DNA of 64,000 nucleotides from Sphingobacterium yanglingense (lineage in GTDB: Bacteria > Bacteroidota > Bacteroidia > Sphingobacteriales > Sphingobacteriaceae). How positions within the stretch are numbered: position 1 is the first letter of the stretch; the number at the start of each line of letters is the position of its first letter. The notes beneath the pieces were generated by a model that searched no databases, was not told the origin of the DNA, and saw only the letters and a list, made by a program, of their open reading frames with translations. A program made the translations under genes and the position numbers. The stretch lies in assembly GCA_040395455.1 (NCBI GenBank), contig JBEBQJ010000004.1:9678-73677 (forward strand). The letters run 5' to 3'. Shown piece by piece: positions 9,797 to 19,231 of the stretch.

Positions 9797-10933
9797 ATGG
9801 TTCTTTTGCTACGTTTTGCGTATGTTTGCATCCAATTAAGAATTATTCTAAAGAGCTTTGTGAGCCAACTGTTTATCCATATCCTAGTACCTGTAGCTAT
9901 CTTTGGCTTCATCGCGCTATTTACGTTATTCGCTGTATATGCTGAACGTAAAATCGCCGGATTTGTGCAGGACAGACTAGGCCCTATGGAAACCGGAAAG
10001 TATGGGCTTCTACAGACTATCGCCGATATACTTAAGCTTTTACAAAAAGAATTCATTACCCCAAAAGCAGCAGATAGAATCTTATTTGCTGCAGCTCCTG
10101 TTATTATATTCGCTGCCGTATATATTGGTTATGCCGTAATTCCTTGGGCACCCGATTTTCTCCCGGCGAATACACATACAGGTATCTTCTTCATTATGGC
10201 AGTTGTATCTATTGATGCAATTGGGATCCTAATGGCAGGCTGGGGGTCAAACAATAAGTATTCTCTCCTAGGGTCTATCCGGGCTATAGCACAGATGGTA
10301 TCTTATGAAATCCCTGTTGGGCTGTCGCTGATTGCTGCGGTCATGATTACCCAGACGCTAAACCTCAACGAGATTGCATTACAGCAAGGAGTACTCTCTC
10401 CAAAGCCTGTTTTCTTTTTAGGAATCTGGGATGTGTCGAATGTCGGAGGCTTTCTAGCATGGAACATATTTCAGGCACCGCATCTTATCCTCGTATATAT
10501 CATCTTCTTCATAGCCTCTCTAGCTGAGTGTAATCGGGCACCATTTGATATCCCTGAAGCAGAGTCTGAGTTAATCGGTGGTTTTCACACCGAATATGGA
10601 GGTATCCGTTTTGCATTTATTTTTCTTGCGGAATATGCTATGATGTTTTTAGTAGCCATGCTTGGTGTAGTGCTATTTTTAGGAGGATGGAATACACTCT
10701 TACCGAATATAGGACCGCTAAAACTGGCTGACTGGACAACAGGAATTGGGTGGGGAATATTTTGGACATTGCTCAAATCGCTGACTATCGTCGGTGTACA
10801 GATATGGATCAGATGGACATTGCCGCGTTTTAAGGCAGACCAATTGATGAGCCTATGCTGGAAAGTAATGATTCCACTGGGATTTGTATGTATGGCAATA
10901 TCGGGATTATGGCGAATTTTGGTAATGGTGTAA
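9797..10933 (+). CDS. nuoH: NADH-quinone oxidoreductase subunit H
   Basis: 378-aa polytopic membrane protein with NuoH/ND1 signatures (YAERKIAGFVQDRLGPMETG, WGSNNKYSLLGSIRAIAQMVSYEIP, CNRAPFDIPEAESELIGGFHTEYGG). The exact start is uncertain. A GTG near 9860 is an alternative. Confidence 0.93.
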   Translation: MVLLLRFAYVCIQLRIILKSFVSQLFIHILVPVAIFGFIALFTLFAVYAERKIAGFVQDRLGPMETGKYGLLQTIADILKLLQKEFITPKAADRILFAAAPVIIFAAVYIGYAVIPWAPDFLPANTHTGIFFIMAVVSIDAIGILMAGWGSNNKYSLLGSIRAIAQMVSYEIPVGLSLIAAVMITQTLNLNEIALQQGVLSPKPVFFLGIWDVSNVGGFLAWNIFQAPHLILVYIIFFIASLAECNRAPFDIPEAESELIGGFHTEYGGIRFAFIFLAEYAMMFLVAMLGVVLFLGGWNTLLPNIGPLKLADWTTGIGWGIFWTLLKSLTIVGVQIWIRWTLPRFKADQLMSLCWKVMIPLGFVCMAISGLWRILVMV

Positions 10934-10953
10934 GGAGGTGAACGAGTTATCGG

Positions 10954-11057
10954 GTGAACAAGTTAACAAGCCAATTTGACAACTGCTTAACAAGATAACT
11001 AGATCACATGATAACTAGATAACAGGTTAACAAGATTACATAACAACAGGTTAACAA
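10954..11057. repeat. Cluster of short direct repeats in the nuoH-nuoI spacer
   Basis: GATAACTAGAT occurs twice (10994-11004, 11010-11020). AACAGGTTAACAA occurs twice (11021-11033, 11045-11057). TTAACAA occurs four times, three of them within GTTAAC palindromes. Confidence 0.8.
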
Positions 11058-11064
11058 AAAGAAA

Positions 11065-11628
11065 TTGATATTAAAAACAACGATACAGGGCATTTCTTCG
11101 GCCGTCAAGGGATTATTCTTGACGTTCCGGCACCTCTTTGGTGCCCGTCGTTCCCGGCAATCGGTTGACATCCGAAATCCGGAGTATTTTGACCAACAGG
11201 AAGGAGTCACAACTGTACAGTTTCCAAAAGAGACCATGCCTATCCCTGAAGTCGCAAGATACCAACTGGATGTAGACATCGACGACTGTATCGTCTGCGA
11301 CCTCTGTGCCAAAGCCTGCCCAGTAGATTGTATCACCATAGAAGCAGTAAAATCGCCAGAGGCAATCGGAAAGACTTCAGATGGTTCTGTAAAAAGACTA
11401 TATGCGGCTCAGTTTGATATCGATATGGCCAAGTGTATGTATTGCGGACTATGCACAGTGGTATGCCCTACCGAATGTATCACCATGACCAATAAATACG
11501 ACCGTAGTACAACAAAACTAACGGATTTAATATATGGTTTTGGAGAGATGTCGGATGCTGAAATCGCACAGCGCAAAGCAGAATGGACCCAATATCAAGC
11601 TGAAAAGGAGGCAGCAAAGAAAAAGTAA
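11065..11628 (+). CDS. nuoI: NADH-quinone oxidoreductase subunit I (2x[4Fe-4S])
   Basis: Two ferredoxin motifs are present (CIVCDLCAKACP and CMYCGLCTVVCP). The listed start is a TTG, so the exact start is uncertain. Confidence 0.9.
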   Translation: MILKTTIQGISSAVKGLFLTFRHLFGARRSRQSVDIRNPEYFDQQEGVTTVQFPKETMPIPEVARYQLDVDIDDCIVCDLCAKACPVDCITIEAVKSPEAIGKTSDGSVKRLYAAQFDIDMAKCMYCGLCTVVCPTECITMTNKYDRSTTKLTDLIYGFGEMSDAEIAQRKAEWTQYQAEKEAAKKK

Positions 11629-11633
11629 CGCTC

Positions 11634-12176
11634 ATGGAAGAACTTGTCTTTTACGCATTCGCTATTCTAGCTGTTGGCTCTGCGCTTTTGGTCGTTAATC
11701 TAAAAAACACTGCACGCGCCTTATTCTTATTTTTCGTCACGCTATTTGCTATGGCAGGCTTATTTATATTTGCTCTGGCAGACTTCGTAGCCATTACGCA
11801 GATTATGGTCTATGTAGGTGGTGTTTTAATATTAATGTTATTCGCATTCATGCTCTCTAATAAGGAATTGCTAAAAGCGCTTCAACATATTCCAGGCAGA
11901 TTCCTAACCATGCCGAACTGGCAATCCCTGCTATTAGCTCTTGGCTTTTTTGGGGTATTGCTTTGGGGGGTGGTCGAATGGCAGCAACAAACACCTGATT
12001 GGATTGTACAGAATATCAAGCAGGGCAATGTAATACAGCCTCACGATAATAACATACAGCAACTGGGCCTAAAATTCATGACACAATACATACTCCCTTT
12101 TGAGGTGATTTCGGTATTTCTGCTCATGGTATTAATAGGAGCAGCCCACCTATCGAGAAAGGAGGAACAGAAATGA
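11634..12176 (+). CDS. nuoJ: NADH-quinone oxidoreductase subunit J
   Basis: 180-aa hydrophobic protein located between nuoI and nuoK, with an ND6-like pattern (VITQIMVYVGGVLILMLF). Confidence 0.85.
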   Translation: MEELVFYAFAILAVGSALLVVNLKNTARALFLFFVTLFAMAGLFIFALADFVAITQIMVYVGGVLILMLFAFMLSNKELLKALQHIPGRFLTMPNWQSLLLALGFFGVLLWGVVEWQQQTPDWIVQNIKQGNVIQPHDNNIQQLGLKFMTQYILPFEVISVFLLMVLIGAAHLSRKEEQK

Positions 12177-12478
12177 TTACATTAACCCATTTTCTAGTGG
12201 TCAGTGCATGCATCTTTTCCATTGGTCTCTACACCGTACTGGCCAAAAGAAATGCCATCATGATACTGGTTGGTATCGAACTGATGATTAATGCTGCCAT
12301 ACTCAATTTTGTAGCCTTTGGCCGTTATGACAAAATAAACTATTCAGGCCAAGTATTTGCCCTGTTTGCTATTGTACTCGCGGCGGCTTCTGTAGCTGTA
12401 GGACTAGCAATAATTCTCAATGTGTACCGTCATTATAAAACGATTAATCCCGACCAAATCACCGACTTGCGCGACTAA
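12173..12478 (+). CDS. nuoK: NADH-quinone oxidoreductase subunit K
   Basis: 101-aa protein with three TM helices and an ND4L-like pattern (LVGIELMINAAILNFVAF). Its start overlaps the nuoJ stop (ATGA). Confidence 0.9.
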   Translation: MITLTHFLVVSACIFSIGLYTVLAKRNAIMILVGIELMINAAILNFVAFGRYDKINYSGQVFALFAIVLAAASVAVGLAIILNVYRHYKTINPDQITDLRD

Positions 12479-14562
12479 TGGAGGAGCTGTTAAATATATC
12501 ACCAATTCATGCCAGTATACTTGTCGTACTACTGCCGTTTGCAGCATTCTTAATACAAGCTATACGCGGTAAAAAATCTAGCTCGGGCAATATATCGCTT
12601 ATCGCTATTACACTAAGCACGCTACTGTCGGGTATCTTTGTCTTTGCTGAGGTCTGGAACTACCTCCCTATGCACAGTACCTACGACTGGTTCCGTATTG
12701 GAGAAAAAACATTTACGATCGGCATACTACTTAATAACTTAACCGTACTGATGCTCTTTATCGTATGTATCGTTGCATTGCCGGTACATATTTATTCTCG
12801 GGCATACATGAAAGGCGACCCCGGACTACACCGTTACTGGATGTACCTCAGCCTATTTTGTTTTGCCATGCTCGGTCTTTGTATCTCTAAAAACATATTG
12901 GTCTCTTATATTTTTTGGGAGCTTGTAGGATTTGCGTCTTATCTATTAATCGGATTTTGGTTTACTAAAGAAAGCGCGGTACAGGCCAATAAAAAAGCTT
13001 TCTTGATTAATCGTATCGGAGATTTAGGCTTTTTGATAGGTATAGCTGCAGTCTTCACATCGTTTGGCACCTTAGACCTTGTTGAGCTATTCGGCAAAGA
13101 AGGGTTAATCTATTCCGAATTTGACAAGGACTCTGGCCTGATGACATTAGCTGGCTTGGGCTTCTTTCTGGGCGCTATGGCCAAATCGGCCCAATTCCCA
13201 CTACACATCTGGTTGCCCGACGCGATGGAAGGTCCCACATCAGTATCCTCCCTCATCCATGCCGCTACCATGGTTGCAGCGGGTGTATTTTTACTATGTA
13301 CGATACTCCCTCTATTCAATGATACTGTTTTGCTCCTAATCACGATTATAGGCACGATTACCGCTACATTGGCAGCGTATTTTGCGGCGGGACAATACGA
13401 TATAAAACGAGTACTCGCTTTTTCTACCATCTCACAACTGGGGTATATGATGGCTGCAGTAGGTATTGGTGCCTGGGATGCGGCTTTATTCCATCTGGCA
13501 ACGCATGCCTTTTTCAAATGTCTCCTCTTTCTATGTGCAGGAGCTGTCATTCATGAAATCGCTCACGCCAAGACCATCGCAGGACTGGATTTTGATCCGC
13601 AGGACCTTCGCAATATGGGAGGGTTGCGTAAGTATATGCCGAAAACTTTTGTACTGATGAGCATTGCTTCTCTTGCATTAGCTGGATTCCCCCTCACTTC
13701 GGGTTTTCTTTCTAAAGATGCCATCGTTATCGCTACATTTGAATGGGCGTTCCATAAAGGAGGTGCATACTTTATAGTACCTATTCTACTCGTTCTAGTC
13801 AGTATCATAACAGCATTCTATATCGGACGCCTGATTTTCAAAGCATTTATGGGAGAATCGCGTCTACCAGAGCCAGCAGAATCGAACATACATGAAGCAC
13901 CTAAACAGATGCTTTATCCTATGTATTTTCTAGCCATCTGCTCGCTGTTTTTTGTGTTCTCGATAAATCCTATATCCTACCATCAAGCGGGTATTTTATC
14001 TGGATTTTCGGTCAATTACACATTCAAGGAGATACACAGTCTACACCTTTTTATACCACTGACCCTAACAGCAACCGCTCTCATAAGCTGGATAATCGGC
14101 TACAGATGGTATGTATTGAACAAATACCCCTTAAATGCAGAGAGCGGCTGGATCAAAGCAGAGACCAACCAGCTCGGCATAAATGATTTTATTAATAACA
14201 CGATCGTGAAGGCGACATTGATTATCAGTAGAGCAAGTGTCTGGCTGGATAAATATATCGTCGAAGGTCTCGTAAATTCGGCAAGCAAAGGCACTTTATA
14301 CCTGAGCAAGATAGCAACGCTATTAGACAGACATCTGGTCGATGGTTTTGTAATGGCAATACGTAATCTCACGATTGGTCTAAGTCGGGTTGCTGCATGG
14401 TGGGACAAACATATTGTAGACGGTATTGTTAATACTATTGCGGGGCTGGCTTATTACCTAGGTCATCTCCTGCGCTGGGTACAGAATGGGCGTATCCAAA
14501 ACTACCTAGGATTTGCGTTTACTATTGTTTTAATTGGAATACTTTATTTGATATTGCGATAG
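12478..14562 (+). CDS. nuoL: NADH-quinone oxidoreductase subunit L
   Basis: 694-aa antiporter-like subunit (FWELVGFASYLLIGFW, AKSAQFPLHIWLPDAMEGPTSVSSLIHAATMV). It has a long C-terminal lateral-helix region. Confidence 0.93.
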   Translation: MEELLNISPIHASILVVLLPFAAFLIQAIRGKKSSSGNISLIAITLSTLLSGIFVFAEVWNYLPMHSTYDWFRIGEKTFTIGILLNNLTVLMLFIVCIVALPVHIYSRAYMKGDPGLHRYWMYLSLFCFAMLGLCISKNILVSYIFWELVGFASYLLIGFWFTKESAVQANKKAFLINRIGDLGFLIGIAAVFTSFGTLDLVELFGKEGLIYSEFDKDSGLMTLAGLGFFLGAMAKSAQFPLHIWLPDAMEGPTSVSSLIHAATMVAAGVFLLCTILPLFNDTVLLLITIIGTITATLAAYFAAGQYDIKRVLAFSTISQLGYMMAAVGIGAWDAALFHLATHAFFKCLLFLCAGAVIHEIAHAKTIAGLDFDPQDLRNMGGLRKYMPKTFVLMSIASLALAGFPLTSGFLSKDAIVIATFEWAFHKGGAYFIVPILLVLVSIITAFYIGRLIFKAFMGESRLPEPAESNIHEAPKQMLYPMYFLAICSLFFVFSINPISYHQAGILSGFSVNYTFKEIHSLHLFIPLTLTATALISWIIGYRWYVLNKYPLNAESGWIKAETNQLGINDFINNTIVKATLIISRASVWLDKYIVEGLVNSASKGTLYLSKIATLLDRHLVDGFVMAIRNLTIGLSRVAAWWDKHIVDGIVNTIAGLAYYLGHLLRWVQNGRIQNYLGFAFTIVLIGILYLILR

Positions 14563-14563
14563 C

Positions 14564-16168
14564 ATGGGATTACTATCATTACTCATATTTTTGCCCTTGG
14601 CAGCCACATTACTGATATTGTTGCTCCCTGCCAACTTACAAAAGTCTTACAGATACATTGCGCTAGGCATTACATTGACCCAGTTTTTTATCGCGGGATC
14701 ACTCTACCTACAGTTTGATCAGTCGGCAGCGGGTATCAACACCGTAGAGGGTTATCAGTTTGTCGAGCAGATCCCATGGATAAGACTAAGCCTTGGTAGC
14801 CTAGGACAACTGGAGATTGATTATTTCCTTGGTGTGGATGGCGTATCCCTCCCACTACTTCTGTTATGTGCCTTTGTAATGTTGATGGCTGTAGGTGCAT
14901 CATGGAATACCAGCAAAAGTCCTAAAGGTTATTTTGCGCTGATTATGTTGCTCAATATGGCTGTAATGGGGATATTCACTGCTTTGGATTTCTTCTTATT
15001 CTACATATTCTACGAAGTAATGCTCCTTCCGCTCTACTTCCTCATAGGAATATGGGGTGGCGCAAACCGGGAATATGCAGCTATTAAATTCTTTATCTAT
15101 ACGCTATTTGGTTCGGTATTCATGCTGCTGATTATTGTAGGTCTCTACTTTTCAGTCATCAATCCGGAAACAGGGGCCCATACGTTCAACATGTTGCACA
15201 TGATGAATCCCGATAACTATGTGGATGGCTCTTTCTTTGCCTACTTAAATAATTACAATGAGGTATTGGGAATTCCGACACGTATGATCGGCTTTATAGT
15301 CCTATTCATCGCATTTGCTATCAAAATCCCTATTGTACCACTACATACCTGGCTGCCTGATGCACACGTAGAGGCACCGACCCCAGTGTCTATCATCCTC
15401 GCAGGGATATTGTTAAAAATTGGAGGATATGGTATCATCAGAGTTTGTTATAGTATCTTTCCCGACATGGCGGTCGATGCCAATTGGTGGCTGGGACTCA
15501 TTGGGATTATATCCATTTTGTATGGCGCATTGAATGCCTTGGCACAAACAGATTTAAAACGCTTGATAGCTTATTCTTCCGTATCCCATATGGGGTTTGT
15601 GCTACTCGGACTTGCCTCAATGACGGCCGAAGGTATGGCTGGTGCTGTATTTCAAATGATCAGCCACGGATTCCTTTCTGCGGCGTTGTTCTTTTTGGTA
15701 GGGGTGATTTACGACCGTGTTCACGACCGTTATATTTATAATTTTAGGGGACTTGCGAGCCTAATGCCTGCTTACACGGGTTTCGTGGCCGTTGCCTTCT
15801 TTGCTTCGTTGGGACTACCCGGCTTCTCCGCTTTTATTGGAGAAGCCTTTGTAATCATAGGTACGTTTAATGCTGAAAGTGTAGGTACCGGTATTCCACG
15901 TTGGATGGCTATAGCCGGTTCATTAGGCATATTACTTAGTGCAGTTTATTTCTTATGGACACTTCAACGGATGTTCTTTGGACAGACACGTGTAAAAGGT
16001 GGCGAAGAATGGCTTACTGCACTAAAGGACGTCACGATAAGAGAACGTATTGTTTTGTTCCCTACATTGGCACTAGCCCTCTTGCTCGGAGTCATGCCTT
16101 CGTTGGTATTTGATACTTTAAATAGTAGTGTACTGAATCTAGTCTCTTTATTATCGCCTTACTTTTAA
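14564..16168 (+). CDS. nuoM: NADH-quinone oxidoreductase subunit M
   Basis: 534-aa antiporter-like subunit (FYIFYEVMLLPLYFLIGIWGG, HTWLPDAHVEAPTPVSIILAGILLKIGGYG). Confidence 0.93.
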   Translation: MGLLSLLIFLPLAATLLILLLPANLQKSYRYIALGITLTQFFIAGSLYLQFDQSAAGINTVEGYQFVEQIPWIRLSLGSLGQLEIDYFLGVDGVSLPLLLLCAFVMLMAVGASWNTSKSPKGYFALIMLLNMAVMGIFTALDFFLFYIFYEVMLLPLYFLIGIWGGANREYAAIKFFIYTLFGSVFMLLIIVGLYFSVINPETGAHTFNMLHMMNPDNYVDGSFFAYLNNYNEVLGIPTRMIGFIVLFIAFAIKIPIVPLHTWLPDAHVEAPTPVSIILAGILLKIGGYGIIRVCYSIFPDMAVDANWWLGLIGIISILYGALNALAQTDLKRLIAYSSVSHMGFVLLGLASMTAEGMAGAVFQMISHGFLSAALFFLVGVIYDRVHDRYIYNFRGLASLMPAYTGFVAVAFFASLGLPGFSAFIGEAFVIIGTFNAESVGTGIPRWMAIAGSLGILLSAVYFLWTLQRMFFGQTRVKGGEEWLTALKDVTIRERIVLFPTLALALLLGVMPSLVFDTLNSSVLNLVSLLSPYF

Positions 16169-16173
16169 TAAAT

Positions 16174-17682
16174 ATGGAAGGATCGACGACACAGATTAGC
16201 ACACTATTGGACCAAATCATGGTCTCTATACCGGTATTCAAGCCGGAGCTCATCTTGATAACTGCTTTTATCGGAAGTATCTTTGCGAGCCTCTTTATCG
16301 ACCAACGATGGAAACATGGTTCTTTAAGTTTTGCTATAGCGGGGATTGTCCTTTCAGCCTATTACGTATATACGCAGTTAGGCCAAACGCAGACTGGCTT
16401 CTTTGGCATGTTACAGATAGACGCTCTATCAGTCTATGCGCGCTTGATTATACTTGGACTACTATTGCCTATTCTGCTTTTAATCCAGCAATATACCAAA
16501 GATAATGGCATAAAAAATCTTGGAGAAGTCTACAGTATCCTATTGGCAGCGACAATAGGCATGAATCTATTGACCATCAGCACAAACTGGCTTATGGTCT
16601 TTATTGGGATAGAGACGCTCTCGATAAGTTCTTATATATTGGTTGGCTATTTTTCGGAAAACAAAAAAAACGTTGAAACCACCAAACTTCAATCGGAGGC
16701 AACGATGAAGTACGTATTGTTCGGCTCGGTATGTGCCGCAGTCATGCTCTATGGTCTTTCGCTAATTTATGGTTTCACGGGGAATCTCGATTTTACCAGC
16801 ACTGCCCATATCCAAGGACTGATAGTTGCACCAAAGGTAATGAGCAGTATCGCTATCTTATTTGTCTTTGTAGGAATTGGTTTTAAACTGGGCTTCGTTC
16901 CTTTTCACCTCTGGACACCAGATGTATATCAAGGGGCACCGACACCTATCACAACCTTTCTTTCGACAGTCCCGAAGGTAGCGGCACTGATACTATTCCA
17001 ACGCCTGTTCGAGTCCTGGACATCAACTCTGTTTTATTTTGGCGAACTGACCATGCTTTTCATCACGGTAGTGGGCATCGTAACGATGTTGGTCGGGAAT
17101 CTCATCGCACTCCGTCAATCGGATGCCAAACGTATGATGGCCTATTCCTCCATCGGACATACAGGATTTCTCCTGATGGCTATTATCAGCAGTGCTAGCG
17201 CAGACTATACCACACTACTCTTTTACGTGAGCGTCTATGCCATAATGACTATCGGCGTATTTGCGATTATACAGTTTTTAGAGAAAAACATTGGCTCAAC
17301 GGAGCTAGTGGCGTATAGCGGTCTCGGGAAAAGTAACCCAGTGTTATTTACTGTTTTTACCCTACTCGGCATCGCATTAATTGGACTCCCTCCTACAGCA
17401 GGATTCATCGGTAAGCTTTTGGTCTTTACAGCGACCTTCGACCTCTATCAGCACACAAAGGATATCCCGATTCTCCTACTTTTAATAACAGGAGCACTCA
17501 CTTCGGTGATATCACTGTTCTATTATTTCAAGATACCCCTATTTGCTTTTTTGCGGAAAGGAGAATCTACTGAACGTACGCTACCGATAAACTCCGTAGC
17601 CTATTTTATTGCAGTGGTGTGTGGAATAGCGATGCTTCTTTATGGGCTATTCCCGAACTTATTGTCAGGGTTATTTCGGTAG
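16174..17682 (+). CDS. nuoN: NADH-quinone oxidoreductase subunit N
   Basis: 502-aa antiporter-like subunit (FHLWTPDVYQGAPTPITTFLSTVPKVAA). It is the last gene of the nuo block. Confidence 0.9.
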   Translation: MEGSTTQISTLLDQIMVSIPVFKPELILITAFIGSIFASLFIDQRWKHGSLSFAIAGIVLSAYYVYTQLGQTQTGFFGMLQIDALSVYARLIILGLLLPILLLIQQYTKDNGIKNLGEVYSILLAATIGMNLLTISTNWLMVFIGIETLSISSYILVGYFSENKKNVETTKLQSEATMKYVLFGSVCAAVMLYGLSLIYGFTGNLDFTSTAHIQGLIVAPKVMSSIAILFVFVGIGFKLGFVPFHLWTPDVYQGAPTPITTFLSTVPKVAALILFQRLFESWTSTLFYFGELTMLFITVVGIVTMLVGNLIALRQSDAKRMMAYSSIGHTGFLLMAIISSASADYTTLLFYVSVYAIMTIGVFAIIQFLEKNIGSTELVAYSGLGKSNPVLFTVFTLLGIALIGLPPTAGFIGKLLVFTATFDLYQHTKDIPILLLLITGALTSVISLFYYFKIPLFAFLRKGESTERTLPINSVAYFIAVVCGIAMLLYGLFPNLLSGLFR

Positions 17683-17690
17683 ATAGCCCC

Positions 17691-17715
17691 GTTATTATTC
17701 AGAATTAATAATAAC
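17691..17715 (+). terminator. Weak AT-only hairpin after nuoN
   Basis: GTTATTATT-cagaatt-AATAATAAC forms a 9-bp all-A/T stem followed by TTTGTG. It marks the border with the glycan locus. Confidence 0.3.
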
Positions 17716-17718
17716 TTT

Positions 17719-18444
17719 GTGTTAGATATGAACATGTATAAAGCTATTGTAGTCACTCCCGTAAAGAATTCGCTGGAGAATACGCTAGAAACCATTAAAG
17801 CTATTAAAAATAGCAACATAGAACTAGTTTACTATGTTTATGACGATTTTAGTGATGAAAATATTTCAAAATCTCTCTCCAATAACGCTACATTATTAGG
17901 TTATAACTATATACATTTGTCCTCACTCACGAGCACACCATCTCCTAATTATTTTACAGTGCTCAAAGATGCTCAAATGAAGGCCTTGACATTGAATCTC
18001 CCTTTAATTATTGTAGAATCAGATGTCGAAGTACAATCTACCTCCTTGGAAACTCTTATACGATTTACACAACAAAACTCTAATATTGGAATGGTAGGAG
18101 CTGTGACTGTCGATTACAATGGTGAGGTGAACTTCCCCTATCTCAAATTCAAAGGAAAGAAAAAAGAAGCAATAGAAACAGAAAGAAGTCTAAGTTTCTG
18201 CTGCACCCTTTTGAGCCAATCTTTCTTATCTAAATATAGTTTTGAACATCTCGACAAATCAAAAGACTGGTTTGACACAACAATTTCCTATGCTTCTCTA
18301 GAAAATGGCTTTAAAAACTATGTCCTATTAGATACTCCTGTACTTCACAAACCTCATGGTAGCAGACCATGGAAACAATTAAAGTATACAAATCCATTAA
18401 AGTATTACTGGTTCAAGTTTACAAAAAGAAGAGATAAGATATAA
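17719..18444 (+). CDS. Divergent GT-A-like glycosyltransferase (hypothetical)
   Basis: 241 aa. It has a GT2-like N-terminus (AIVVTPVKNSLENTLETIKAI...VYDDFSD) and an acidic ESDVE motif. The listed start is a GTG; ATGs at 17728 and 17734 are alternatives. Confidence 0.4.
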   Translation: MLDMNMYKAIVVTPVKNSLENTLETIKAIKNSNIELVYYVYDDFSDENISKSLSNNATLLGYNYIHLSSLTSTPSPNYFTVLKDAQMKALTLNLPLIIVESDVEVQSTSLETLIRFTQQNSNIGMVGAVTVDYNGEVNFPYLKFKGKKKEAIETERSLSFCCTLLSQSFLSKYSFEHLDKSKDWFDTTISYASLENGFKNYVLLDTPVLHKPHGSRPWKQLKYTNPLKYYWFKFTKRRDKI

Positions 18445-18445
18445 T

Positions 18446-19216
18446 ATGCACACCATTGAAAGACCTGAAGACTTAACCTATATCAATGGAGTTCCTTTTG
18501 TTATTTGGTGTTATTGGGAAGGACCAACTATGACAGGCAATCGAAAATTAAGTTTTTCTTATTTGGTCCAAAACATTGGCGTCCCCGTATGTCTAATTAC
18601 ACCTGAAAACATCTCCCTTTTTCTAAAAGATCAACATCCATTACCCCGTACTTACTTTGACCTGAGTATTGTACACCGGTCTGATTATATTCGAGCATAC
18701 CTTTTACATCATTATGGAGGTGGTTGGCATGATGTAAAGGCAACTGAAGTTTCTTATAGTAATGTATGGAAAGATTTTGAAGACACGAATATATGGATGG
18801 TCGGGCGACCTGAACAACCAAATGGAGCCGCACGTATTTATGACGCGGAAAATCGATATATGCCTGATTATTACCAGAATTTAATTGCCGTCCCTTCTTG
18901 GGTAGGCCGGCCCAATACTCCTTTGAGTCAACAATTACTATCTGGTATTGAAAATATCTTAAATAAACACGCAGACACCTTAAAGAAATACCCATCAAAA
19001 CATCCTCGAGACAAAAAGATAACAACCAAATCTCCAATAATTAAACTGTTACAGGTGGTCAAATTTACCTATCAAGGTAAATCAACCAAATATCCACTGG
19101 AATGGACGTTGTTCGGAAATGTATTTCATCCTTGTATATTGCAATATCAATCGCACATCGCACGAAGTCTCCCTGTAGATACGACAAAGAATGCTGGAAT
19201 ATATCATAGGGGATAG
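18446..19216 (+). CDS. Capsular-polysaccharide-synthesis (Caps_synth / DXD sugar-transferase-like) protein
   Basis: The motif HRSDYIRAYLLHHYGGGWHDVK resembles the SD..R..LL..yGG.w.D signature of the Caps_synth/Gly_transf_sug families. Confidence 0.5.
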   Translation: MHTIERPEDLTYINGVPFVIWCYWEGPTMTGNRKLSFSYLVQNIGVPVCLITPENISLFLKDQHPLPRTYFDLSIVHRSDYIRAYLLHHYGGGWHDVKATEVSYSNVWKDFEDTNIWMVGRPEQPNGAARIYDAENRYMPDYYQNLIAVPSWVGRPNTPLSQQLLSGIENILNKHADTLKKYPSKHPRDKKITTKSPIIKLLQVVKFTYQGKSTKYPLEWTLFGNVFHPCILQYQSHIARSLPVDTTKNAGIYHRG

Positions 19217-19231
19217 TAAAACACAAAAATT

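Noticed and set aside
11004-11339. 111-aa minus-strand ORF spanning the nuoH-nuoI spacer and the nuoI 5' end.
   Set aside because: It is antisense to nuoI, which has clear 4Fe-4S motifs. The part in the spacer is just the translated repeat array.
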